Positions 23,935 through 38,227 of a stretch of DNA of 64,000 nucleotides are shown in pieces. The notes under the pieces are model-generated. The model was given only the letters and a program-made list of their open reading frames with translations, had not been told where the DNA came from and made no database searches. How positions within the stretch are numbered: the first letter of the stretch is position 1; every line of letters starts with the position of its first letter. The position numbers and the translations under genes are program-made. The DNA comes from Anaeromyces robustus (lineage: Eukaryota), in the NCBI GenBank assembly GCA_002104895.1, contig MCFG01000104.1, positions 62,001 to 126,000 of the forward strand, read 5' to 3'.

Positions 23935-25735
23935 CCTATATAATTATTATGAATATTTTAAATATTATATTGTTATTAATGCATTTTATGTAAATCAAAT
24001 AATTTATTCTTTAGAAAATTTTTAACTATAATATATTTTACTATTAATATAAAAAAGTTTAAATATTGTGAGTTATTAAAAAGTAAAGAATGACAGAAGT
24101 AAATAAATAGAGTAAAGAAAGAAAAAAAATCTAAAAAAAAAAAAAAAAAAAAATTAGTTAATTTAATAAATATATAAAAGCTTAATTTAAAATTAAACTT
24201 GAACAAAATATAAAAATAATAGCTAATTTTTTCACACTAAAACATTTTATATAGTTTAATTATGATAAAATACTCATATAATGAAGTTATATTAATAATA
24301 ATATTATATAATTAACCAAATTATTTAATTTATATATTAAACATGTTAGATAGAAATATTTGTTATTAAATAAATTGTAATGCTATTATTAAATTAAATA
24401 TTTATTCATCATTGTTAAAACATCAGAATTTAGTGTAACCTAAAAAAAAAAAAAATATTTATTTCATTATTTAAATAATATAATTGATTACTTAGAAAAA
24501 ATATATTTAATTTTCTTAATAATTATGAAATTTATATATAAATCATAATTACATACTAATAATATTAAATACAAATAATAATTATGGTTTATAGATATAT
24601 AGAAAATGGAGCTTATTTTTTTATTCTATATATTATTATTAATAAAAGAATCGAGTATTACATAAAAAAAAGTTTATTTAAATTAAATTTAGTATTAAAA
24701 ATTTAAAAATAAAGCAACCTTTTTAATATAAATATAGTTATAAAGAAAGTAATTAATAACATTTACCAATAGTAATTATAAAAATATAACCGATTTTAAG
24801 TTCCTTGATTAATATATAATATTATAAATGTATCAGCCTTTATTTATATTTATAGGAATATATTTTATTTGAATATATTTCATTAATTATACTTATTGAT
24901 TTAAATTTAATAAAATAATAAAAAAGTATTATAATATATATACTTGTTTTTTTATATTATATAAACATTAATTTCCATATATATATTTTACTTACGAACT
25001 ACAATTATTATATATAAAAAAATTAAATTATTTATTTAATATAAAAAATCAAATCAAGGATAGTTACTATAAATATATATAATCACCAAAACTTTAAAAA
25101 TAATAAAATAAAATTTTTGTTTTAAAAATATTTAATTAGTTCAATGAAATATATAGGTAAAAAAAGAATTCGTTCTAAGAAAAACTATTGTTTTTTTACT
25201 TTTTTTAAAGTTTTTGAAAATTAAAATTTATATTATTTATATATATTATAATAAATTATAATATATTGTTTAGGTTTAATTGAAACACAAGAGAAAATAA
25301 ATAGAATTTTGTACTACTTTTGAAACAATATATTGAAATATACTATAATATATATAATATATTTATATTATAATTTTTGAATAATAAAATTGGCCATAAC
25401 CTATATAAATCATTTTTATCAATATTTTTGCTAATTAAAAATAATATTTTTTGAATCTTTTATAGGACTTTTTTAAATTTATAAAAGAATTATTATATAT
25501 ATAAAAAAATTACTATTATATATTAAAAATTACTAGATTTTTTTTCTTGGATAATTAAGTTCAGTGTTCTGGTTGTATGACTCAATAAGGAAAATATTGG
25601 TGAATATAAAAATATTAAAAAAATGGTATTGGAACGATCTTGATGAAAAAACAAGAAATTAATAGTAAAATTATAATTTTACTGTTAATATCTTGTTTTT
25701 TTAATAATATAATAACAATAATAATAATAATAATA

Positions 25736-25846
<111 letters not shown>

Positions 25847-25904
25847 GGTATTTATATATTTTTGGTATTACATGAAATGTGAGAATTTATATCAAAAAAT
25901 ATAT

Positions 25905-26255
<351 letters not shown>

Positions 26256-26776
26256 ACAAAATATAAATAATTTAATAAATTAAAATCATTAATTAATATA
26301 AAATTATATTTGATACATCAAAATAATCTTAATTTAATATTTTCAAATATTAATATATTTTGTAATATATTATAATTAATTTAAAATATATTAATATATT
26401 ATATTTATATTGATATATTTATATTAAAATATATCAATATAAATATTGAACTTATATTTATGGAGAAATCCTTATTAATTTAATTAATATTTATTGGAAG
26501 GATTCTATATTTTTTAATTAATTAGAAATATATAATATATAAAATTAATCATTCCAGTAAACAAAATATATTAAATATATTATTTTATATAAGATAATAT
26601 ATTCATTTAATATAATCAAATTAACTATTGGAATTTTCAATTTAATCTTAATAAATTAGTATCAACTTTTTTATATATTAAAAAGAAATCCTTTTTAAGA
26701 TTAATGTAATATTGTTATATTATAATACATTAGTACATTACAATAGAAAAGAAAAGTTTTACATAAATTTTTATTA

Positions 26777-26921
<145 letters not shown>

Positions 26922-28273
26922 ACATAATAGAATATTTTATAACAATAATAATAATAATAATAATTATAATAACAATAATAATTATAATAATATTATTTAG
27001 TTTATTATATTTATATTATTAATCAATTCTAATTATAATTTACAATTCATTATTTTTTAATTTATTTTTTATTATTATTAATTAATAATATATTTAATAT
27101 AATATTTATATATATGTAAGTTATTTATTTAGTTTCCATTAAATTATTTATTCATATATTTATATTTATATTTTAATATTTATCTGTTTATACTTTTTAT
27201 TCATTAATTTTTGTAAAAAAAAAAAAAACAAAAGCATAAATAATTTTTGGTTTTTGGTTTTATTTATATTTAAAAAAATTAAACTAAAATATTTAATTTT
27301 TATATTTTTTTCTTTTTCTTTTGTTAAATAAAAATTTACATTTTATTTTATTTAAATAAAATAAAAATTCATTGTAAATAAAAATTAATAGATTTGAAAA
27401 AAATTATAAAAAGAAGAAAGAGAATAAGAAAAGCAATATTATCTATTTTAATTTAATATAAGAAATATTTATATATTAATTTGTCTTTTCTTATTTCTTT
27501 TTTTTTAGAGAATATATAAACATTAAAATTTTATATAATATATAATTTTTTTTAAAAGTACTTATTTAATAAGCATAATATAAATATTACTTTTTTTTAT
27601 ATTTTTTTTCAACATTAAAAATTAATTTATAAGCAAAAGAAAACTTCAATTCTTTTTCTTTCTAATTTATATGTTGTAAAAACCAAATATTATACAAACA
27701 TACTTTATCTTTCATAAATATTTTTTTAATTATTACTTAATCATGTTTTCTAATTTATTATAAATAAAAAAAAAGAGGTAAACTATATAATTATAAATAT
27801 TTATCGAGACATTTAATTATATAATATATAAAAATTATTAATTATAATTTTCTTTTTTTTTTCTTATTCTTCTAAAATCATTTTAGATATTAATTTATTA
27901 AATATTAAAACAAATTTTATAAATAAAAAACAATCAAGATTAATAAATATATCTTCATATAAATAAATAAATAAATAAATAAATACTAAAAGTAGTTTTT
28001 TATAAGTAATAGACAAGATATTTTATATATATAATATTTAAAAGAATTAACTATATAAGTGACGTTTACAACATATAATATTAGATATTTAAATTAATTT
28101 TAATAATAGAAAATCGACAAATTTTACGTATATTTTAATTAAATAAATTATTATATAATTTATTTTATATTAATATTAAAATATACTTGTGATAAAGTAG
28201 TCTATATATTGATAGTAAGATTTTTAAATCAATTATATTTTCAATAGTAATATATAAAATACATATATAAAAA

Positions 28274-31200
28274 ATGGTTTTTGTTTCTGTTTGTAAAGCC
28301 ATATATGACTTTACTCCAGAAGAAGCTGATGCTAAAGAACAATTAGCTTTTTCTGAAGGCGATATTTTATTTGTTATTGATAAAAGCAATACTGATGAAG
28401 AGGGTCAAACTTCAGAAGATAATGATTGGTGGGTAGCTAAACATTCAGATTTAGAAGCTTCCGGTGATATTCCAATATCATATGTTGAAGAGGTAAATTT
28501 TTTAATTAATAACATTTAAATGAATATTTTTTTAGTATAAAATTAATTAAATAAACAAATTCATAACAATTAATAATAAAATAAATAAATGACATTAATA
28601 ATAGATATGATATATATTTTAAATAGTATTTATAGTTAATAATAATTATAAATAATAATTATGAATAATTAAATAAGATATATTTATTATATTTGGATGA
28701 ACTATATATTAATAAATATTATAAATATAAATATATGACAAGAATAATTTAATATATCAATAAAAAATATTAATAACATTATAAATTATATTATTAAAAA
28801 ATGAAATTATTTATTTTTAATTTCCCTTTATAAAATAGTTGAAACCAATTGGAAAAGGTATTGCTTTATATGATTATTCAGCCGAATCTGAAGATGAAAT
28901 TGATTTAGTAGAAGATGAATCAGTCAATATAATATATAAATTAGATGAAGATTGGTGGATTATTGAAAAGAATCAAAAATATGGTCAGTGTCCAGCTTCT
29001 TATATTGAAGAAAATGATGTTGTTGTAAGTAGTACTTTAGCTTCATTTTATTATTTATTATAATTGATTGTTTTTATATTTTTTTAATATTTATTTAATT
29101 TATTATTGAACTTTATATAGGATAAAAAAGAATTTGAACAAGAACAACAAGAAGAAATCGAAGAAATCGAGGAAAGTCCAGTTGATACTAATAATAAAGT
29201 TAGCGCTCAAAATTTCAAAGATGCATTATTAGCTGCAGCTGAAGAAACTCTTATTGCTCCGTCATCTATTTCATATTTTGATGTTACTGTAATTATTATA
29301 TAATTAATATTAAATATTTAATATATTATTAAGAATAATTATTTATAATTAATGATTATATTATATATAATTAATTATATAGGAAATTGAAAAGAAAAAA
29401 GGAAAAGCTATTAGAAAAGGAAAATTAGGAGTTAACGTTGATAATATATATTTATGTGAATCAGATAATGTAAATATAATATTATAAATAAATATTTCAA
29501 TATTAATAAACTGATTTATTATATCTTATTTACCTTTTTTTTTATTTATTTTAATTATTTTACAATTTAATAAAATTAAAATTAAATATATTGTAAAAAA
29601 GAAAATTTTACAACAATGGGATCTAAGTAATTTAAAATTCTTTAAGAATAAAAAGTTCAAAAAGTTAGTTCTTAATTTTGGAACCGAAGTCCATGAATTT
29701 GAAGCTAGTAAATCTAATATAGAAGCTATTGTTAAACAAATAATTGATGCACAAATGGTAAAATTTTAAAAAAAGATTTTTTTTTTTTTTTTTTGCATTT
29801 TTTATTTTATTGTATTATTTTAAAAAACTAATTAGTTATAAAAAATTTTTTTTATTATATATATTAATGATCATATTTGCTAACATAGAAAAGTAAAATT
29901 AAACCTTCAAATTCTGCAGTTGAAGCTGTAAACTTTTTAGCTAATAAAGCAGCTGAACAAAAGGCCAAAATTGTTGAAGATGAAATTGAAGAAGATATTA
30001 ATGAAAAGGTTGAAGAAGCTGATAAAATTGAAGATACTGAAAATTTAGAAGAAGAACAAGATATGAGTCCACCAAAAATTGCAAAAGTTTTATATGATTA
30101 TGAAGCTACTTTAGATGATGATATTACTGTCCACGAAAATGATAATGTTATTATTTTGGATGAATCTGATCCAGATTGGTGGAAAGTTCGTGTTGTTTCA
30201 AAGAATGGCAAAGAAGGTATGGTTCCAAGTTCATATATTGAAATTATGGTTCCAGGACAGAGTAATGAAGAATCAGAACTTGTTGAAGAACCAGAAGAAA
30301 TTTATGAAGATGCACAAACAGTAAACATTTTTTTTTATAAAATATTCAGTAAAAAAATAATTTAAATTCATACTCACTTTATTTAATAATAATTTATTAG
30401 GAACCACCTCCACCTCCACCTCCAGCTATACAAATTCAATCACAAGGTATTTTTATTTTTTTTTTATTCATTATTTAATAAATTATAAATATGTGTAAGT
30501 TATATAATTAATATATATATATAAATATTTAGTACCAGAACTTCCAACTAGACCAGTAATAGGTAAATATCTCCTTTTTTTTTTATTGTATATCGTTTAC
30601 AATAATTATTATATATTGTTTTCAATAAATTTTAATAATATTTTTATAATTAATTTTAATAGCTCCAGAATTACCGGCAAGACCAACAAATGGTATGATA
30701 ATTATTTTATAAATTTTTACTATTTTATAAACAATAATTATTATATATTGTTTTTAATAAATTTTAATAATATTTTTATATTTAATTTTAATAGCTCCAG
30801 AATTACCAGAAAGACCAACAAATGGTATGATAATTATTTTATAAATTTTTACTATTTTATAAACAATAATTATTATATATTGTTTTCAATAAATTTTAAT
30901 AATATTTTTATAATTAATTTTAATAGCTCCAGAATTACCAGCAAGACCAACAAATGGTATGATAATTATTTTAAAAATTTTTATTATTTTATAAAATTTA
31001 TTAATTTTTTTTAAATAATATTTGTTTAGTTGAAAATGTTGCTCAATCGACATCTGAAAACAATACTATATCTCCACCTGGTCTTCCACAAAGACCAAAT
31101 ATGGGTAAATTATTATATATAATATAGTTATTTTTTTTATAAATTTTATTTTTTTGTTAATTTTTAATATATTCTTAAAAATAAATCAATTAATCAATAA

Positions 31201-33887
31201 ATCAATAAATCAATCAATCAATCAATCAATCAATAATAATATATAGCTGCTCTTTCCAAACAAAATAGTAAGTTTTCATTAAATATATAATTTCATATAT
31301 TAATATTTTGTCATTATAATGAATTATAATTATTAAAATACAATTATTATTATTTTAATATCATAGCTGCTCCTGAACTTTCAGGTATATAATATTTTAA
31401 TTTTTAATTATTTAAATAATTATTCTAAATATTTATATATATATATTAATTATACTAAATATTTACACATATATATTTATATAGATTATGAAGAACCAAA
31501 AATACCAGTTAGAACATTTAGTAAATATATAAAAATTCATATTGATGATAAATATTTTTTATATATGATTAATGAATCTTTTTTTTTTTTTTTTTTTATA
31601 TTTTTATTATTATTCTTATTATATAAATAGCTAATAAGGTAATTGGTCCACCAAGTGCGTTAGGTAATTATTAGTAAAATTAAAATTAAATAAAATATTA
31701 ATATATAAATAAAAAAAAATAATAAAATATAAATATTTATTTTTTGTAAATATATATATTAAATTTAGCAAAACATCTTCAAACTCCACAACATATAAGA
31801 TCAGCAGGTAAGTAAAATAAATAATATATATTAATTGAAATAGTAAAATCTTTAATTATTATATATATTAAATCTTTAAATAAAAAATAATTATGATAGG
31901 AAATATAATTGAACCAGATATTAAATATGGAACTGATGTAGATCCAGTTGAACAACAGAAAAAATTACGTAAGTATAATATAATAAGTCATAATGATATA
32001 CATTTTATTTAAATGGTTAAATAATAAATTAATATGAATTATATTTATATATTTATAATCATAGAACAAGAAAAATATGCAAAATTAAAGAGTAAGTAAC
32101 AAATTAACTATTTAAATAAGAAAAATAAAAAATATTATTCTAATTTTTTTTTTTTTTTTTTATTATTATAATACAGAACCATTAAAAGAAAATCTTTGTG
32201 TATGGACTGATAAAACTGGTTCATTTGAAGTTGAAGCTGAATTTTTAGGATTAGTAGGTGATAAAGTTCATTTACATAAAGCAAATGGTGTTAAGATTGC
32301 AGTTCCATTAGATAAATTAGATGTAAAAAATGTGGAATTCATAAAATCACTTGTTGATAAAGACCATAAAAGATTAGTTATTCCACCACCACCAGGATCT
32401 TCTAGAAAAGTTCCAGAAGTTCCAAAAAGTCCACCAACTAAGGCCCAAAGAAATAAATACGTTTATCGTGGTTTCAACTGGAAGAATTTCTTTGTGGAAG
32501 CTACTATTGAAGAAAAGAGAGCTGAAAGATATGCTAGAACTTTTGTTCATTCTATGTTAAATAAATCTATTATAAAATCTTTAGATGAAAATTCATTAGC
32601 TACTTTTAATATTCAAAAAGAAGATATTCCATTGATTTTAAATCATATAAAGGAAATTAATGAAAAGAAAGTTAAGGTAAATTAATAAGTATTAATTGGA
32701 AGAATAATTATATTTTATTATTTAAAATAATAGATATTTTAATATTATATAAAATAAAAAATATATTAATTATTATTATTAACATTCTTTAAAAAATTAT
32801 AATAATAATTTAATATAGGATAAACAAGTTCAAAAAGATGCCGAATTGGCTAAAAAATTACAAGATGAAGAATTCAAGAATTTACCTAATACTCAACGTT
32901 CTTCTTCATTACCAAGAATTGATAATGAAATTATTGATATGGATATTCAGAAAGAACAAGAAAGATTAGAACAAGAAAGAAAAAAGAATGAAACAAAGGT
33001 TGAAAAAGTTCCAGTATTTTCTAAACCATCAACCAGAAAAAGTAATTAACATTTCTTTTTATTAATATCTATATATATATATAAATTAAAAAATAAAATA
33101 AGTTAATAATAATTTAATAATATAGTAATTATTTTTAAATGAATTTATAAATACTAATGAAATAATATTTAATTATTTTTTAATATAATATAATATAATA
33201 TAATATAATATAATATAATATAATATAATATAATATAATATAATATATATATTAATTTTTATTCTTATTTCATTTTATTATGGTTCATTATCATTATTGT
33301 AATAATAGAAACAAAACAAGATAAGCAAATTACTTTTGATGAAATAGAAAAGATTCAACAAGCTTTATCTTCAACTTCTCCTGTTGCTGGTAAGAAAACT
33401 ACCATTAAACATGAGAGCGTTGTTTCTCAGAGAGTTAGAGTAGGTTCTACAAAATCAGAAGAATTATTCCCAGGTGAAAATTGGGCTACACCATCAGCTA
33501 GACCACGTCCAACAGATAAAATAAAGAAATTAAATTGGGATGCTAATGAATTAAAGAGTAATTCATCATTAATGAAATTGCCACAAGCAGGTAGTGGTTT
33601 TGATAATGATGCTTGGTCTGTTGATAACTCAAATGCAAAGAGAAATACTAAGAGAATTACTGGACCTACTTCTAATAATGAAATAGTAAAGGTTTCTGGT
33701 AATGCTCTTCCAGCACCATTAATTCCAACTAATACTAATGCATTAAATTTTGTTCCAACAGGTACTCCAAGTTTACCTACTTCAGCTGTTATGTCATCAC
33801 CAAATCAATCAAGTCAGAATCTAAATAATATTTTACCAGCTAGTTTTACAAATGCACCAGTTAATAATCAGAATACAGGAAATTCAT

Positions 33888-33947
<60 letters not shown>

Positions 33948-35731
33948 TTAATCAAAATCAAATTAATAATAATATGACAGGAGGATCAACTCAACAAGTT
34001 CAAAATCATTATACTGGTAGCTCTAATAATGGAAATAATATGATTACAAATCATTATACTGGCGGTTCAAATAATGGAAATAATATGGTTACAAATCATT
34101 ATACTGGTAATTCAACGAGTGCAATTTCCAACCAAAGAACTGGTGGATCTATGAAAGCTATTCAAAACCAATACACTGGTAATTCAATGAATGGTGTTCA
34201 AAGTCATTTCACTGGTAGTTCAATGAATGGTAATGTAAACCAACAATTTACTGGTAATTCTAATAGTAGTATGAATGCATCATCATCAAAAGATTTATTT
34301 GATAGTTTAAACCCATTAAAAAATATGAAAACATCTCAAAATTCATCATCAACCGAATTAGCATTAGTTTCAGCTACATCCAGTCCATTAGTTTCAAATG
34401 CTTTAACAGCTAATGCTTTTGGTCCAATAACCAGTACTGTTACTCAAACTGTTATTACCAATCCAATTCAAAAACAAGTTCAAACAACTGTAGTTCGTCA
34501 AACTACCAAACTTCAAAATATTTCTAATCCAAACATGAATTCTATCATAAATACTAATATTTCTACTAATACGACTGCAAAAATTAATAATCTTGGTGGT
34601 ATAGGAAGTATTAATTCAATGAATTCTTTAAATAATGCACAAATAAATGGTGGTATAGGAAGTCCTGTAATGGGATCTATGAATTCTCTTAATTCAGGAT
34701 TATCAGGTTTATCAAATAATAGTATTAATTCTGGTCTTGGTAATACTGGTCTTAATTCATCATTATCTTCACCAAACTTAAGTTCAGGTCTCGGTACTAC
34801 AAATCTTGGAGCAACGGGTCTTAATTCAACATTATCTTCAACTAGTTTAAATACTGGTCTTGGTGTTTCTGGTCTTAGTTCAAGTCTTGGTGCTACAGGT
34901 TTATCTTCACCTTTAACATCAACAACTAGTTTAAATTCTGGTCTTGGAACTCCAGGACTTAATACAGGACTTGGTCTTAGTTCCAGTCTTGGAGCTACTA
35001 GTATTTCTTCACCTTTAATTTCAACAGCTGGTTTGAATGTTGGTCTTGGAGCTACAGGTCATACTACACCTATTAATACAGGTCTTAATACAGGTCTTAA
35101 TACAAATATTAGTTCTAGTCTTGGAGCTTCAGGACTTACTTCACCTCTTACTTCACCTATAACTTCAACAACAGGTTTAAATTCTGGACTTGGAATAACT
35201 GGTATTAATTCTGGTCTTAATACTGGACTTGGAACAACTGGACTTAATTCGTCATTATCATCTTCTAGTTTAACTGGTCTTAATACTTCATTAACAGCTA
35301 CAGGTTTAAATTCAGGATTATATTCTAAACCAACTCTTACATCCTCTGCAAGTTTACCTTCAGGATTAAATACTGTCGGTCTTAATACCGGTTTAAATAC
35401 TGGATTAAATACTGGATTAAATACTGGATTAAATACTGGATTAAATACTGGATTAAATACATCATTATCTGGAACAAGATTAAATAGTGTTGGACCAGGA
35501 TTAAATATAGGCTTAAATAATACTTCTTTATCAGGAATAAATCCAACAATAGGTTTAGCTAATAACAATGTAAATTTAATGAATAATTCTTCAACATTAA
35601 ATTTACAACAACAAAATGAATTATTAAAATTACAACAACAACAAATGCTATTGAATCAAAATAATGTTGGATTAAATGATAAAATGAATTTAAATTATGG
35701 AATGTATAATCCAAATAATTATATGCGTTAG
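28274..35731 (+). CDS. SLA1: Sla1 endocytic actin-patch adaptor
   Basis: Domain order is SH3 (28274), SH3 (~28840), PH-like (~29270-29757), SH3 (~30075), Pro-rich linker, SHD1 (VWTDKTGSFEVEAEFLGLVGDKVHLHKANGVKIAVPLDKL), SHD2/SAM (FNWKNFFVEA..AERYARTF), and a C-terminal xxTG repeat tail. This order is diagnostic of fungal Sla1. Confidence 0.95.
30597..30985 (+). repeat. Three-copy 132-bp tandem duplication of an intron+exon unit
   Basis: Near-identical units with exons at 30663-30692, 30795-30824 and 30927-30956 (period exactly 132). Confidence 0.95.
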
Positions 35732-35976
35732 TTTGTTTTTTTTTAAAAAATTTTCTTTATCCATAATAATTAACAATTTATATATATATTTTTAATAATG
35801 TTTTAATATAAATTCCATAATTTAAGTATAATTTAATATATATCAATTTAAATAATTAAAATGTATTTTAAAAAGAAAAAAATAAATTTCAAAATATACT
35901 ATAAATTAAAGTAAGTAAAAACAATGATAATATAGTTATAAAATAAGGAAATAATAATAATAATAATAATAATAAT

Positions 35977-35977
35977 A

Positions 35978-36012
<35 letters not shown>

Positions 36013-36113
36013 CAAAAAAAAAAAGCAGAAAAAAAAAAAAGTAAAAAAAAAATTAAGTAACATAACAATTAACAAACAAACAAATAAATAAATAAATAAA
36101 AAATAAAACAAGC

Positions 36114-36165
<52 letters not shown>
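35977..36165 (+). repeat. Poly(A)-rich tracts between convergent genes
   Basis: Read directly. Confidence 0.85.
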
Positions 36166-36166
<1 letters not shown>

Positions 36167-37257
36167 AGCACAAATCAAAATAATAAATCAAATCAAGACT
36201 AAAGTAAAAAAAATTATAATAATAATAATAACAAAAAAAAAAAGATTTTATATTATTATATAAATTCAATTTAATTTTTTTTTTATAAAATTAACAAATA
36301 GACAAAGAGAAACGAGTTTTAATGACAAAAGAAAAAAGATCTTTATAGAAATATATATCAAAAAAATTAAAGATATTTTAATATAAAAAAATATTAAAAT
36401 ATTAAAATAACAATTAATAATAATAATAATAATAATAGCATAAATATAAAATATAAATAAAATAATTTAATTTCATTTACATTTTAGTTTAATTTTTTAT
36501 TAATAATTTTTTTTTTTTTTTTCTATTAAAAGAATTAAAATAAAATTTATATGTTTAATAATATATAATATATAATGAGACAAATATATAAATATATCAA
36601 GTTATATGTTATACATTATGTCGCCATAAAAAAAATCATCATATAAAATAAATTTAAATAGTTTATTAAAAAAAATTATAATAAAAATAATAATATTAAT
36701 AATATTAATAGTATTATATTACATATAATATAATATATATAGTATTGTAGTATTATTTTATTTTTTTTTCTTTGTCTTAATTTTTTATAATTAAAAATAG
36801 ATAAAAATTAATAACTATTATTATTAATATATTATTTATTAAGATAGAATTATATATAAAAAAAAGAATAAAATAAAAAAATAAAATAATAAAAATAAAT
36901 AAATAATAATAATAATAGGTTTTTAATATTTAAATATTAGTTAAGTAGTCATAAAAAAATAAATGAATATATCTAAATAAAAAATTAAAAATAAAAAAAA
37001 AAATTAAAAATAAAAAAAAAAAGTTTCACAAGAATTAATGTTAATTTTTATTTTATTTAATTATTATTTATATATCTATTTATTTATTTATTTTTCTATT
37101 TTTTTTTTTTATAATATTTATATTTGGTTATAAATTATTTGTACTACATTTCTTTTAATATATATATAAAAAAAATAAAATAATTTTTATTTATATAATA
37201 TAAATTATATTATTTTAATTTATTATTAAAAAAAAAAAAAATTAAATAAATAAAAAA

Positions 37258-38190
37258 TTAATATTCTATTAATAATGTTGGTCTGTGCAAATTAAAATAA
37301 TTAGTTAAAGTTTTTTGATTGATAAATATACATTGTTTTAATTGAAGTTGAATAAGTCGTTTAAAACTATTATTCCATGAAAGAGACATTAAATCATCAT
37401 TTTCTAACCATTTAATATCATTTAATAAGAGGAAATTAAGTTTTAAAAGTAAACGAGATATCATAAAAAGTACTGTATTTCCATTACTTTCTATTAATGT
37501 TCCTGATATATTTAAATATTTTAAATGAGGAACATAATCACCTAAAATTTGAATTAATGATATCATTTTTGATGATAAAAAATTACAATAAGAAATATCT
37601 AATGAAGTTAAATTTTTAAAACCATTGAAATTTTCTATAGACCACTGAGTTTTTGCATTTAGAGTAAAATGTTTTTTAAATTTTATTTCTAATTTTTTAA
37701 TTTCTTCTTTTATATTTTCATTTTCAAAATATTCACGTTCTTCATCATTATTTTCTTCATCTTTTATTGGACTTTTATTTTTCTTTTTAACATTAACTTT
37801 ATAATTATAATTTTTTTTAATACCAATATTTAACATTATTTTATTTAAAAATTTATATATAATAATAATATTAATAATTATATATATAAAAAAAAGAAGG
37901 AAAGAAATAAAATATTATAATATAGTTAATTGTTATTATAAATCTATAATGATAATTTTATAATATATACATATATTTAGCAAATTAATAAATAATAATA
38001 AATAATAAAAATTTACCATATATCTGAGTATTATTATTTTCATCAGAAGAATCATAAATGTCTTCCCAACTATCAGGAGGTGGTGTAACATTATCTTCAT
38101 TATCAAAATTATTTATATTACTGCTACTAGAATATTTTATTATATTTTCATTATTATCATTATTATTATTTACATTATTATTACTATTAC

Positions 38191-38227
<37 letters not shown>

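Noticed and set aside
24230..24239. T-box half-site-like TTTCACACTA upstream of the T-box gene (also TTTCACACTT at 1807-1816)
   Set aside because: These are imperfect matches to TCACACCT, too short to separate from chance without binding data.
30586..31014. CRISPR-like or repeat-protein reading of the 132-bp repeats
   Set aside because: There are no unique spacers or cas genes and the context is eukaryotic. The units are duplicated intron+exon blocks of SLA1, and the 142-aa ORF is off-frame.
35059..35568. Antisense ORF with FNPV repeats
   Set aside because: Shadow of the Sla1 GLNT repeats on the opposite strand.
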